64,000 nucleotides of DNA from Gammaproteobacteria bacterium (GTDB lineage Bacteria > Pseudomonadota > Gammaproteobacteria > VBWC01): assembly GCA_023266115.1 (NCBI GenBank), contig JAHFRU010000003.1:65978-129977 (forward strand), written 5' to 3'. Of the stretch, positions 39,303 to 53,438 are shown piece by piece; position 1 is the first letter of the stretch; each line of letters begins with the position of its first letter. Below the pieces are notes generated by a model that saw nothing but the letters and a program-made list of their open reading frames with translations, made no database searches and was not told the origin of the DNA. A program made the position numbers and the translations under genes.

Positions 39303-40670
39303 ATGAGTGCGCCTCATATTCTCGTCGTCGACGATGAACCCGATATCCGGCGCCTGATGCGCGAGATACTCGAGGACGAAGGGTATGTCGTCAGCATTGC
39401 CGAGAACGGCGAGACCGCGCGCGAGGCGCGCCGCACCCGCCGTCCCGATCTGGTGCTGCTCGATATCTGGATGCCGGACATCGACGGCATCAGTCTGCTG
39501 AAGGAGTGGGCGCCCGAAGGCAAGCCGGAGCCGCCGGTTATCATGATATCCGGTCATGGCACGGTCGAAACCGCGGTCGAGGCTACCCGCTACGGCGCCT
39601 ATGATTATCTTGAAAAGCCGCTGTCACTGGCGAAGCTGCTGATTACCGTCAAGCACGCGCTGGAGGCCGACAAGCTGCGGCGTGAAAACGTTGGTCTGCG
39701 CAAGACCACGCAGCCGCTGATTGAGCCGGTCGGCCGTAGTCTGGTCATGAAAGATCTGCGCGATCAGGTCGAGCGCATTGCGCAGACCGAGGCATGGGTG
39801 CTGGTCTCCGGCGAGGCGGGTTCCGGCAAGGAACTGTTCGCGCGCTATCTGCACAGCAGGAGTGCACGTGCCGATGGCCCGTTCGTCGATGTCGTCGTCG
39901 CATCGATCGCCAGGGAAAACGCCGCGATCGAACTGTTCGGCAACGAGGATGGCGCAAACGTCCGCTACGGGTTGCTGGAACAGGCCAACGGCGGCATCCT
40001 GTTTCTGAGCGAAGTCGGCGACATGGATGCGGCGCTACAGGCCAAGCTGCACGCCGCGCTGCAAAATCGCTCCTTCCTGCGCGTCGGCGGTCGTGAGGCG
40101 GTTGCCTTCGACGTGCGCATCGTTTCCGCCAGTCACCGCGACCTCGATCAGGGTATCCAGTCCGGCCGATTCCGCGAAGACCTGTTCTACCAGCTCAACG
40201 TTGTACCGGTAAAGATCCCGCCGTTGCGCCATCACGGCGAGGACGTGTCGGACCTGCTCAGCTACTACGTCGACTATTTCGTGATGCACGAGCGCCTGCC
40301 ATACCGCGAGTTCTCCGTCGCCGCGCAGAACCGGTTACGGAATTACGGCTGGCCGGGCAACGTGCGCGAACTGAAGAATCTGGTGCAGCGGTTGCTGATA
40401 CTCGGCAGCGGTGACGAGATCGGCGTCGATGAAGTGGATGTCGCGCTGGGCACCGCCACCCAGCACTCGCCGGGCGTGGCATCGGATTTCGATCTGCCGT
40501 TGCGCGACGCGCGCGAGCGTTTCGAGCGCGCCTATCTGGAACACCAGTTGCGTGCGACCGGCGGCAGTGTCGGTCAGGTGGCCAAGCTGGCCGGCATGGA
40601 GCGCACCCACCTCTATCGGAAAATGCGCGCGCTGGGCATCAACCCGAAGGGTGAATGGCAGGAAAAGTAA
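39303..40670 (+). CDS. ntrX: Sigma-54-dependent response regulator NtrX
   Basis: REC (ILVVDDEPDIRRL) plus AAA+ sigma-54 activator domain plus HTH; RBS GGGAG upstream of the ATG at 39303. Confidence 0.85.
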   Translation: MSAPHILVVDDEPDIRRLMREILEDEGYVVSIAENGETAREARRTRRPDLVLLDIWMPDIDGISLLKEWAPEGKPEPPVIMISGHGTVETAVEATRYGAYDYLEKPLSLAKLLITVKHALEADKLRRENVGLRKTTQPLIEPVGRSLVMKDLRDQVERIAQTEAWVLVSGEAGSGKELFARYLHSRSARADGPFVDVVVASIARENAAIELFGNEDGANVRYGLLEQANGGILFLSEVGDMDAALQAKLHAALQNRSFLRVGGREAVAFDVRIVSASHRDLDQGIQSGRFREDLFYQLNVVPVKIPPLRHHGEDVSDLLSYYVDYFVMHERLPYREFSVAAQNRLRNYGWPGNVRELKNLVQRLLILGSGDEIGVDEVDVALGTATQHSPGVASDFDLPLRDARERFERAYLEHQLRATGGSVGQVAKLAGMERTHLYRKMRALGINPKGEWQEK

Positions 40671-40826
40671 CCCCGAAAAGACATATAATCGGCACCGCGC
40701 TGCAAACGTTGCGGCGCACGCAGGCGGGGAGAGGGTCGTATTATTGGTTTACTCAGTCGTACCAGGCATGGGTGGCTCCGTGGTACCCGGTGATCGCACG
40801 GTGTCGCCGGAGTCCCGGCCGCCGTT

Positions 40827-42200
40827 ATGAAAATCATTATTCTCGGCGCCGGCCAGGTGGGTGGTTCAATGGCGGGTCATCTCGCCAGTGAAGCCAACGA
40901 TATCACCGTGGTCGATCACGACGTCGACCGGCTGCGCGAGTTACAGGACCGGCTGGACCTGCGTGTCGTGCACGGCCAGGCCTCCCACCCCGAGGTGCTG
41001 AAGCGCGCCGGCGCCGAGGACGCCGACATGATTCTCGCTGTGACCAGCAGCGATGAAACCAACATGATCGCCTGCCAGGTCGCCTACACGCTGTTTCATA
41101 CCCCGACCAAAATCGCCCGGGTGCGCGGCAGCGAGTATCTTTCTTTTCCGCAGCTGTTTACGCAGGAGGCGCTGCCGATCGACGTGCTGATCAGTCCGGA
41201 GCAGGTCGTCACCGACTACATCACCAAGCTGATCCAGAATCCGGGTGCGCTGCAGGTGCTCGACTTTGCCGGCGGCAAGGCGCAGCTCGTGGCGGTGCGC
41301 GCCTATCACGGCGGGCCGCTGGTCGGCAACAAACTGCGCACTTTACGCGAGCACATGCCGCTCGTTGATACGCGCGTCGCCGCCATCTTCCGCCGTGGTG
41401 AGCCGATCTACCCGACCGGGGACACCGTCATTGAGGTGGACGACGAGGTGTTCTTTATCGCCGCCGCCGAGCATATCCGCGCCGTGATGAGCGAGTTGCG
41501 CCACCTTGATCGCCCGTACAAGCGCGTCATGATCGCCGGCGGCGGACGCATCGGCCTGCGTCTGGCGCGCCGGCTGGAAAACGACTATCAGGTGAAACTG
41601 ATCGACCGCAACCGCGAGCGGGCGCGCACCATCTGCCAGACACTGGACAAGGCCATCGTGCTGGCCGGCGACGCGGCGGATGGCGAGTTGCTGCGCGAGG
41701 AGAACATCGAGAACACCGATGTATTCTGCGCGGTAACCAACGATGACGAGGCGAACATCCTGTCATCGCTGCTGGCCAAGAAACTTGGCGCGCGCAAGGT
41801 GATCGCGCTGATCAACCGCGCCGCGTACGTCGATCTGGTCGAAAGCGGCTCCATCGATATCGCGGTGTCGCCGCAGCAGGCGACCATCGGCAGTCTGCTG
41901 GCGCACGTACGCCGCGGTGACGTCGCTGTGGTACATTCGCTGCGGCGCGGCGCCGCGGAGGCGATCGAGGCGATTGCGCACGGCGACCGCAATTCCTCCA
42001 AGGTCGTCGGGCGCACCGTCGAGGAGATCAAGCTGCCCAAAGGCACCAGCATCGGCGCTGTCGTGCGCAAGGACCAGGTCATCATCGCCCACCACGACAC
42101 GATGATCGAGGCCGAGGATCACGTGATCCTGTTTCTGACGGACAAGAAGCGCATCGTCGAGGTCGAACAGTTATTCCAGGTCGGCATCACGTTCGTCTGA
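40827..42200 (+). CDS. trkA: Trk K+ uptake NAD-binding protein TrkA
   Basis: Two RCK_N/RCK_C repeats; [13 protein letters not shown]... Confidence 0.9.
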   Translation: MKIIILGAGQVGGSMAGHLASEANDITVVDHDVDRLRELQDRLDLRVVHGQASHPEVLKRAGAEDADMILAVTSSDETNMIACQVAYTLFHTPTKIARVRGSEYLSFPQLFTQEALPIDVLISPEQVVTDYITKLIQNPGALQVLDFAGGKAQLVAVRAYHGGPLVGNKLRTLREHMPLVDTRVAAIFRRGEPIYPTGDTVIEVDDEVFFIAAAEHIRAVMSELRHLDRPYKRVMIAGGGRIGLRLARRLENDYQVKLIDRNRERARTICQTLDKAIVLAGDAADGELLREENIENTDVFCAVTNDDEANILSSLLAKKLGARKVIALINRAAYVDLVESGSIDIAVSPQQATIGSLLAHVRRGDVAVVHSLRRGAAEAIEAIAHGDRNSSKVVGRTVEEIKLPKGTSIGAVVRKDQVIIAHHDTMIEAEDHVILFLTDKKRIVEVEQLFQVGITFV

Positions 42201-42250
42201 TGCGTTATCGTGTAGCGCCTTTGGCAGACGACAACATCTGACGCACGACC

Positions 42251-43702
42251 ATGCAACTCTTCGTCATCCAGCGCATCGTCGGCATTCTGTTAATGTTATT
42301 CAGTGTTACGCTGCTGCCGCCGATGGCCGTTTCGTTGTTATATGACGACGGTGCGATAGCGCCGTTCGTTGTCGCCTTCGGTGTCGTGCTGCTGACCGGC
42401 GTCAGTTTCTGGATTCCGGTGCAGGCGCGCCGCGAGGAACTCAAGCTGCGTCATGGGTTTGTCGTCGTTGTGTTGTTCTGGACGGTGCTGGCGCTGTCAG
42501 GTGCACTGCCGCTGCTGCTTGGCACACATCCGCACATGTCGTTCACCGACGCCGTGTTCGAATCGATGTCCGCGCTGACGACGACCGGTGCCACTACCAT
42601 TGTCGGCCTCGACGGGCTGGCGGCGTCGTTGCTGTTCTATCGCCAGGAACTGCAATGGCTGGGCGGCATGGGCATCATCGTGCTGGCCGTCGCCGTGCTG
42701 CCGATGCTCGGTATTGGTGGCATGCAACTGTATCGCGCCGAGACACCCGGGCCGATGAAGGACAACAAGCTGACGCCGCGCATCACTGAAACCGCGAAGG
42801 CGCTCTGGTATATCTATCTCGGCCTGACAGTCGCCTGCGCGATCGGCTATTTCTTCGCCGGCATGAGCGTGTTCGACGCGATCGCGCACAGTTTCGCAAC
42901 ACTGTCGACCGGGGGGCTGTCGACACATGATCTCAGTTTCGCGTACTTCGACAGCCCGGCGATCGAGGCAGTCGCGGTAGTGTTCATGCTGCTCGGGGGC
43001 GTCAACTTCGCGTTGCACTTCATCGCGTTTAGCTCGCTGAGCATACGTCCCTACTTCGGCGATTCGGAATTCAGGGCCTATCTATGGGTACTGGCGGTGA
43101 CCGCTACGATTACCACTGCCTATCTCTACTATACCGCCACGTTCAGCAGTGTCGGCGGCGCACTGCGTCACGGCATATTCCAGGTGGTGTCTATTATTAC
43201 ATCGACTGGATTCACAACGACCGGATACGCCGACTGGCCAGGTTTTTTGCCCGCGATGCTGTTGCTGGCAAGCTTTATCGGCGGTTGCGCCGGTTCGACA
43301 AGCGGTGGCCTGAAAGTAATCCGCGTGATGTTGCTGATCAAGCAGGCGATGCGCGAGATCATGCGCCTGATCCATCCGAATGCCGAGATACCGGTGAAGA
43401 TCGGCGGCAAGACGCTGCCTTATCGGGTCGTCGACGCTATTTGGGGTTTTTTTTCGCTGTACGTGATCTGTTTCTGCGTGATGTCGCTGATACTGATGGC
43501 GACCGGCCTGGATTTGGTGACATCGTTTTCCGCGGTCGCGGCCTGCATGAATAATGTTGGCCCGGGCCTCGGTGATGTCAGTGCGAATTTCACCAGCGTG
43601 TCCCCGGTGGGAAAATGGGTGCTCTCTTTCGCGATGCTGCTCGGGCGCCTCGAGGTTTTCACGTTGCTGGTATTGCTGACCCCCGCTTTCTGGCGTCGTT
43701 GA
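42251..43702 (+). CDS. trkH: Trk K+ uptake transmembrane protein TrkH
   Basis: 483 aa; polytopic with TrkH family motifs ([26 protein letters not shown]). Confidence 0.9.
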   Translation: MQLFVIQRIVGILLMLFSVTLLPPMAVSLLYDDGAIAPFVVAFGVVLLTGVSFWIPVQARREELKLRHGFVVVVLFWTVLALSGALPLLLGTHPHMSFTDAVFESMSALTTTGATTIVGLDGLAASLLFYRQELQWLGGMGIIVLAVAVLPMLGIGGMQLYRAETPGPMKDNKLTPRITETAKALWYIYLGLTVACAIGYFFAGMSVFDAIAHSFATLSTGGLSTHDLSFAYFDSPAIEAVAVVFMLLGGVNFALHFIAFSSLSIRPYFGDSEFRAYLWVLAVTATITTAYLYYTATFSSVGGALRHGIFQVVSIITSTGFTTTGYADWPGFLPAMLLLASFIGGCAGSTSGGLKVIRVMLLIKQAMREIMRLIHPNAEIPVKIGGKTLPYRVVDAIWGFFSLYVICFCVMSLILMATGLDLVTSFSAVAACMNNVGPGLGDVSANFTSVSPVGKWVLSFAMLLGRLEVFTLLVLLTPAFWRR

Positions 43703-43723
43703 TCAATTTGTGGAGTCCGGATT

Positions 43724-44314
43724 ATGAATGATATCGCCACGCAGGAGAAATGGGACCGCATCTACGCCGCGGCCGACAAACCGCCGCAGACAGTTTGTCG
43801 CGTGCTGGAAGAGAATGCGCATCTGCTGCCGGCGAAAGGCACTGCGCTGGATCTGGCGTGCGGCCTTGGCGCGAACGCTTTTTTCCTCGCGGAGAATGGA
43901 TTGAAGACCCTGGGCTGGGACATCTCGCCGGTGGCAGTGCGGCGCGTCGAGGAATGGGCGCAACAACGCAAGCTGCCAGTGCAGGCCGAGGTACGCGACG
44001 TGCTGGTCGATCCATTGTTGCAAGAGGAATTTGACGTCATCGTCGTGGCGCATTTTCTCGACCGCTCGCTGGTACCGCATCTGATCAACGCGCTTCGGCC
44101 CGGCGGCCTGCTGTTCTACCAGACCTTTACCCGGAACAAGCTCACCGCATCCGGACCGAGCAACGCCGAGTTTCTGCTCAGCGAAAACGAACTGCTGCGG
44201 CTGTTCGCGCCGCTGAGTGCGCTGGTCTATCGCGACGAAGGGCGTGTCGGCGATATCACGCGCGGCATGCGCAGCGAGGCGATGCTGGTGGCGCAGAAGG
44301 CCGTGCGGCGCTGA
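43724..44314 (+). CDS. Class I SAM-dependent methyltransferase (TehB/TPMT-like)
   Basis: DLACGLGANAFFLAENG SAM motif; 196 aa. Confidence 0.75.
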   Translation: MNDIATQEKWDRIYAAADKPPQTVCRVLEENAHLLPAKGTALDLACGLGANAFFLAENGLKTLGWDISPVAVRRVEEWAQQRKLPVQAEVRDVLVDPLLQEEFDVIVVAHFLDRSLVPHLINALRPGGLLFYQTFTRNKLTASGPSNAEFLLSENELLRLFAPLSALVYRDEGRVGDITRGMRSEAMLVAQKAVRR

Positions 44315-44340
44315 CACACCGGAATTGTTCTGGCCTGAAT

Positions 44341-44630
44341 AAATATTTGTAGGGTGGGTTAGCGAAGCGTAACCCACCAGGCTGTCGCCGCAGGCGACAA
44401 CAAAAACATTTAAGGAAGCTCTGATCAAGTGGCTTCTTGTCATTTCGACCGCAGGGAGAAATCCTGATGTGATGGAATCGCCTCGTATCGCTTGCCGCGA
44501 AGATTTCTCGCCAGCCCCTCGCTGTGCTCGGGGCAAGGCTCGAAATGACATTGAATAGGATCTTGAGTCGCCCGCGGCGACAGATTGGTGGGTTACGACG
44601 CAAGCGTCTAACCCACCCTACAAATATTTT
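44341..44630. repeat. REP-doublet palindromic element (REPIN-like): two inverted REP hairpins with 5' GTAG heads around a palindromic core
   Basis: Left AAATATTTGTAGGGTGGGTTAGCGAAGCGTAACCCACC and right GGTGGGTTACGACGCAAGCGTCTAACCCACCCTACAAATATTT are inverted copies. Inner inverted repeats include CTGTCGCCGCAGGCGACA / GTCGCCCGCGGCGACAG and GTCATTTCGAC / CTCGAAATGAC. Confidence 0.6.
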
Positions 44631-44680
44631 TTTAAGAGCAAGAGAAAGGCGAGACGGGAAGCGTGTAGAAAGGGCTAAAT

Positions 44681-45001
44681 CTAATCCCGCGGCTTCCTCA
44701 ACCGCTTCAAAAACACCTCCATCTCCTTCACTGCCTGACGATCCCCGCGTGTTTCAGCGACGCGTATACCCTCCTCATATACCGTGATCGCCTTGTCGGC
44801 TTCACCCAGCTCGGTCAGTACACGACCGTGGAGTTTCCATGCAGCGGAATAGCCGCGATCGAGCTGGATCGCGCGTTCGATATGCGCAAGCGCCTTTTTC
44901 GCTTCGCCGTTTTTGAACAGTGCATCCGCCAGGCCATAGCGCAACGGCGCGGTATCGGCGCCGGCGGCGAGCATTTTTTCCAGGTTGGCGATCAGGCTCA
45001 T
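44681..45001 (-). CDS. Tetratricopeptide-repeat protein
   Basis: 106 aa with two or three TPR units (ALAHIERAIQLDRGYSAAWKLHGRVL...). Confidence 0.7.
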   Translation of the reverse strand: MSLIANLEKMLAAGADTAPLRYGLADALFKNGEAKKALAHIERAIQLDRGYSAAWKLHGRVLTELGEADKAITVYEEGIRVAETRGDRQAVKEMEVFLKRLRKPRD

Positions 45002-45004
45002 GGC

Positions 45005-45907
45005 TCAGGTCGTGGGCAGATCGCTCTTGTTGTAGTGAAAAAGCTGACCGCCGGGGCGCATGTAGAAACGACGGTAGGACCATTGATATTGCTCCGGCAG
45101 TGAACGCACGCACTGTTCGACGCCGCGGTTGAGCGCGGCGACTGCCTTGAGTGGATCAGGATCGCCTATCCCGGTATCGGCCTTGACGAAGTGCAGATGA
45201 AAGCCGTGCCCGCGCGGCAGCCGTTCGGCATAGGTGAAGAACACCGCTGCGCGCGTCTTTTGCACCAGCCGTGACAGCAGCACCATCGTATACGCGTCGT
45301 TGCCAAAGAACGGCGCGAACAGGCCGTTGCCGGTATTCGGTATCTGGTCGGGCAGTATGCCGATCAGTTCGCCGGCCCCCAGCGCCTTGTACAACGCGCG
45401 CACTCCGCTCGCGTCTGTTGGCACCAGCCTGGCGCCGCAACGTTCGCGCGCGTTGCGGATCATCTTGTCGAGTTCGGCCATGCGTGGCGGCCGGTAAAGA
45501 CTGGTCATGGGATATTGCGCCGAGCAATACAGGCCGACCATTTCCCATGCGCCGAGATGCGGTGCGGCGATAATCGCGCCGTTGCCGTGCGCCAGTGCTT
45601 CCTTCAGTGCTTCTTCACCGCTGACTTTTTTAACGAGCGACAGCACCTGCGGCCTGGGCCAAAGCCATAACGCGCCGACCTCAAGCGCAGTTTTTCCGGT
45701 CTCGATGAGGCTGCGCCGGACCAGCTGCCGGCGCACGGGTTCATCCAGATCAGGAAAACACCGGCGAATATTGATTGTCGAAATCAGGCGTTGGCGGTTC
45801 GGAAACAACGCAAGCAGCCAGCCGGTCATCGCGCCGACCGGATGGGCGACGGGCAGCGGTAACAACGCGGAAATCCGCAGGACTAATCGGGCGATTCGGG
45901 CACGCAT
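45005..45907 (-). CDS. Lipid A biosynthesis lauroyl/myristoyl acyltransferase (LpxL/HtrB family)
   Basis: 300 aa; HLGAWE (HX4E-like) acyltransferase motif and an N-terminal membrane anchor. Confidence 0.8.
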   Translation of the reverse strand: MRARIARLVLRISALLPLPVAHPVGAMTGWLLALFPNRQRLISTINIRRCFPDLDEPVRRQLVRRSLIETGKTALEVGALWLWPRPQVLSLVKKVSGEEALKEALAHGNGAIIAAPHLGAWEMVGLYCSAQYPMTSLYRPPRMAELDKMIRNARERCGARLVPTDASGVRALYKALGAGELIGILPDQIPNTGNGLFAPFFGNDAYTMVLLSRLVQKTRAAVFFTYAERLPRGHGFHLHFVKADTGIGDPDPLKAVAALNRGVEQCVRSLPEQYQWSYRRFYMRPGGQLFHYNKSDLPTT

Positions 45908-46053
45908 GGCTCATGCAGCTGTTATGGTTGGTCAACTATAAGGAGTAACGATGGTAGAATACCACGGCCCGCGCGCACCGCGCCGGGTGAACCTTTTCGC
46001 CAGGCAGGGTCTATAATCACCCGGCAATGAATTGGCTGAGCTCCGATTAGTTC

Positions 46054-46187
46054 GTCATTCCGGGCGACGCGAAGCGTACGAGTCCATGGATGGGCGAGGA
46101 GACCGTGTCGTGAACCGGTGGTCGAGACCCGGAATCCAGTGCTTTCTACAAAGTTCGTGACTGGATTCCCGCGTTCGCGGGAATGAC
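46054..46187. repeat. MITE copy A (TIRs GTCATTCCGGGCG / CGCGGGAATGAC) in the metH leader
   Basis: Shares its ends and a core (CCATGGATGGGCGAGG..GACC...GTGGTCGAGACCCGGAATCCAG...CTGGATTCC) with the copy at 63179-63361. Confidence 0.55.
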
Positions 46188-46250
46188 ACAAGGCCGTTGA
46201 TCATAGACTTTTGCACAGCACGGCGCTTGCGCCGGGAGAAGAGCATTACC

Positions 46251-49991
<3,741 letters not shown>

Positions 49992-50427
49992 CAATTCCTT
50001 CTACCCTCCGGGCATAAATCCCAGTGGGAGAGGGAGCAAAAGCCGAAAATACTTTCACAGTTTCGAAGCGTATTGCGCCGAATGTCGATGTAAAATCCCC
50101 TTCCACGTTGTTGACTGTTTGTCGACAGGCTTGACGATCGTCAGGTTGTTAATCTGCATGGCGATACTGGTCGATCCGGTTTTGGCCTTCGGTATGCGCA
50201 AATCAGCAGCGTGCGGGGTGACTGCGTTTGCCGCTTCGTTTGCGCGTTTTCCGGTCATTCTTGCCGGTCCCGCGTTTTGATATGATGGCTATCTTGCATT
50301 TGTCCAGGCGTTCACCCGGTGGGAAAGGCTAGCGGCCGTTGATGATGACCCCGGGTTGCCATGACCGGCGCGTCACATGGCCGGAATTGCAACGCCAATA
50401 CTGTCCTGTGGTTCGGCGTGTAATTAA

Positions 50428-51804
50428 ATGTCCGCGCCTTCACTGCCGCATTTACGGATAGCGAATGATATGGTCGTTGAAATAATCGTTGTATTACTGC
50501 TGACCTCGATAAACGCGGTGTTCGCGATGTCCGAACTCGCGGTGGTTTCGTCGCGCAGGGCCCGTCTGGTTCATATGGCGGATCGGGGGAATCGCGGTGC
50601 CCGGGTGGCTCTCAAACTTGTCGACGATCCGGGCAGATTCCTGTCGACAGTCCAGATCGGCATTACGCTGGTCGGAATTATCGCCGGCGCCTACAGCGGC
50701 GCCACGCTGGGGGATCGTCTGGGTGATTGGCTGGAAGGTTTTCCTTCGATGTCACACTATGGCGACACCATCGGTGTCACCGTGGTTGTTATCGCGATGA
50801 CTTATCTCTCGCTCGTTGTCGGCGAGCTGGTCCCGAAACGGATCGCACTGACCAATCCCGAACGCATCGCTGCTTTCATCGCGATTCCCATGCAGCTTGT
50901 TTCCCGCGCGGCGGCGCCGGCCGTATGGGTGCTGAAGGTTTCCATAGAAGCCACAATGAATGTGTTACGGATCTCCGGGACACGCGATGCGACCGTCAAC
51001 GAGGAAGAAATAAAGACTTTGATCGCCGAAGGAACCCTGGCCGGCGTTTTCGCGCCGCAGGAGCGCGTGATGATCGAAGGTGTGCTGCGGATGGCCGACA
51101 GGCCGGTGCGGGCGATCATGACGCCGCGCACGGATATTGTGTGGGTTGATGTCAATGCGAGCCGGCAGGAGTTGCTCGCGGCTATCGAAGCAAACTGCTT
51201 TTCACGACTGCTCGTCTGCGATGGCGAGGTGGATCGGGCCGTCGGATTCGTCCATACCAAGGACATGCTTCCGATAGCGCTGCGCGGTGAGCAGCCGGAT
51301 CTAAAGGTATTGATGATCCCGGTGCTTCATGTGCCGGAACATACAACGGTGCTGAAGATGCTCGATGTGTTTAAACGCGAGAGGATGCACATGGCGGTCG
51401 TCATTGACGAGTACGGGACAACGGAAGGACTGACGACCGTTACGGACGTACTTGAGTCGATCGCCGGCGAGTTGCCGCGGCGCGGCGAGGAAGCCGAGCC
51501 GCTGATCGTGCAACGAGATGATGGATCATGGCTGGTTGACGGGATGTTGCCGATCGATGAGTTCGGGAACCGTACCGGTCTGCGTGGGCTGCGCGAGGGT
51601 GGTGATTTTCACACTATTGCGGGATTCATGCTGCAGAAATTTGGTGATTTACCGCATTCTGGCGCAAGCTTCCGCCATGGAAACGCGCGCTTCGAGGTCG
51701 TCGACATGGATGGGCGCCGCATCGACAAGGTGCTGGTCGAAATCAAACCGCCATCGGCCGATCAGCAGCCCGTGGACGACAAGGATCAACAGAACCAGCA
51801 ATAA
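50428..51804 (+). CDS. DUF21/CBS-pair/CorC_HlyC family (CNNM/TlyC-like) membrane protein
   Basis: N-terminal four-TM DUF21 domain, two CBS domains and a CorC_HlyC C-terminus; 458 aa. Confidence 0.85.
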   Translation: MSAPSLPHLRIANDMVVEIIVVLLLTSINAVFAMSELAVVSSRRARLVHMADRGNRGARVALKLVDDPGRFLSTVQIGITLVGIIAGAYSGATLGDRLGDWLEGFPSMSHYGDTIGVTVVVIAMTYLSLVVGELVPKRIALTNPERIAAFIAIPMQLVSRAAAPAVWVLKVSIEATMNVLRISGTRDATVNEEEIKTLIAEGTLAGVFAPQERVMIEGVLRMADRPVRAIMTPRTDIVWVDVNASRQELLAAIEANCFSRLLVCDGEVDRAVGFVHTKDMLPIALRGEQPDLKVLMIPVLHVPEHTTVLKMLDVFKRERMHMAVVIDEYGTTEGLTTVTDVLESIAGELPRRGEEAEPLIVQRDDGSWLVDGMLPIDEFGNRTGLRGLREGGDFHTIAGFMLQKFGDLPHSGASFRHGNARFEVVDMDGRRIDKVLVEIKPPSADQQPVDDKDQQNQQ

Positions 51805-51895
51805 TATCCGCGCGGCCCGCGGCCCGGCCGTTGTTGTCGTATTGTGCGCTTTTATATATGCTTGCGGCTCGTCTGATGTGCCGGGGATTTGTTTG

Positions 51896-52165
51896 ATGCA
51901 GCGGTTTCGCGTTACAGCACTCATTATTTGCCTGTTGCTGGCACAGTCGGCGTTGCTTGCGCATCAGCTCGATCTGTCTGCGCACAGCGATGGTCAGACG
52001 TGCGAGTACTGCGCGCTGACGGGGTCGCTCGACAAACCTGTCGCCGATATTGCAATTTCCTTTCGTTTGACTTCCGATGCCGTTGAGGCCCAGCCACTGA
52101 TCAGCCCGGTGGTTCTGGTCCGGACGCTAACGTTCAACGCCCGCGCTCCACCTCTCTTTTCCTGA
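51896..52165 (+). CDS. DUF2946-like small secreted protein (His/Cys motif)
   Basis: Signal peptide MQRFRVTALIICLLLAQSALLA, then HQLDLSAHSDGQTCEYCAL. Confidence 0.55.
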   Translation: MQRFRVTALIICLLLAQSALLAHQLDLSAHSDGQTCEYCALTGSLDKPVADIAISFRLTSDAVEAQPLISPVVLVRTLTFNARAPPLFS

Positions 52166-52248
52166 CACGTATTTGATCCCGTAACAGCAGGCGCATCCCG
52201 CGGGATTGCCTGCGATGTCTGTTCGGACAATTCGAGGAAACAGCAGAG

Positions 52249-53427
52249 ATGAAGCGCAAATTTCGTTCGTGGTATTTCGGCCGTGCGATTCTTGCGACGG
52301 CGGCAACGGTGCTTGGCTCGACGGCGCAGGCCCAGGAGCCCGGGGCGCAGGCGGCGTCCAGCGCATTCAATCCGGCCTTGAGTCTGATTATGGACGCGAC
52401 GTTCGCGAGTTTCGATCAGAAACCGGCGACGTATGCAATTCCCGGCGTGGCGCTCGCCGACGACACCGGGCCTGGCGAGGAGGGTTTCAGTCTTGGCGAG
52501 TCCGAGTTGGTCGTCAGCAGTAACGTCGATGACAAATTCTACGGGTTGTTGACCGCCGCGTTGAAGCCGGAGAATGCCGTCGAGGTCGAGGAGGCATTCA
52601 TCGAAACCACCGGTCTGGGTTATGGCGCGACCATCAAGGCCGGGCGCTTCTTTTCCGGTATTGGCTATTTGAACGACCAGCATGCCCATGTCCGGGATTT
52701 TGTCGACACTGCGTTGCCGTATCGCGCGATGCTCGGGAATCAGTATCGCGACGACGGTGTGCAATTGCGAGTGGTCGCGCCGACCGATCTGTTCATCGAG
52801 GTCGGCGCGGAGATGTTCCGCGGCGATGGTTACCCTGCCGGTGGCGCGGCGAACGACGGCAAAGGCACGAAATCGGTATTCGTGCATGCCGGTGACGACG
52901 TCGGCGCCAGCCACAGCTGGCGCGCCGGGATTTCACGGCTGAATACCCGGGCGATCGATCGCGAAACCGGGACCACGCCCGATCTGTTCACCGGCGACAG
53001 TAACGTGACGATCGTCGATCTCCTGTGGAAATGGGCGCCGAACCGTAATCCGTCGGAACATTACCTCAAGTTGCAGGCCGAGTACCTGCGGCGCGACGAG
53101 GACGGCGCGTTCAATACCATCGCCTGCGACACCCGACAGCGCGGCTGGTACACGCAGGCAGTCTACCAGTTCATGCCACGCTGGCGCGTTGGCCTGAGGC
53201 ACGACGCGGTAGCGGCCGACGATGTGCCGGTGGCGCTCGCTGCAACGGCGCTGGACAACCAGCAACACAAACCGGAACGCAGCTCGTTGATGGTCGATTT
53301 CTCGAACAGTGAGTTCAGCCGGTTGCGCCTGCAGTACAACAATGACAACTCCCGGCCAGTGAGCGATACGCAGTGGTATGTGCAGTATCTGATGAGTCTG
53401 GGCGCGCACGGCGCGCACAAATACTAG
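52249..53427 (+). CDS. Outer-membrane beta-barrel protein (porin-like; metal-uptake associated?)
   Basis: Signal peptide, alternating amphipathic strands and a C-terminal aromatic ...GAHGAHKY; RBS GAGGAAA. Confidence 0.65.
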   Translation: MKRKFRSWYFGRAILATAATVLGSTAQAQEPGAQAASSAFNPALSLIMDATFASFDQKPATYAIPGVALADDTGPGEEGFSLGESELVVSSNVDDKFYGLLTAALKPENAVEVEEAFIETTGLGYGATIKAGRFFSGIGYLNDQHAHVRDFVDTALPYRAMLGNQYRDDGVQLRVVAPTDLFIEVGAEMFRGDGYPAGGAANDGKGTKSVFVHAGDDVGASHSWRAGISRLNTRAIDRETGTTPDLFTGDSNVTIVDLLWKWAPNRNPSEHYLKLQAEYLRRDEDGAFNTIACDTRQRGWYTQAVYQFMPRWRVGLRHDAVAADDVPVALAATALDNQQHKPERSSLMVDFSNSEFSRLRLQYNNDNSRPVSDTQWYVQYLMSLGAHGAHKY

Positions 53428-53438
53428 GAGCGTGGATC

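Noticed and set aside
46197-46250. N-terminal 18-codon extension of metH from TTG
   Set aside because: Extends into the MITE; MetH homology and the RBS begin at GTG 46251.
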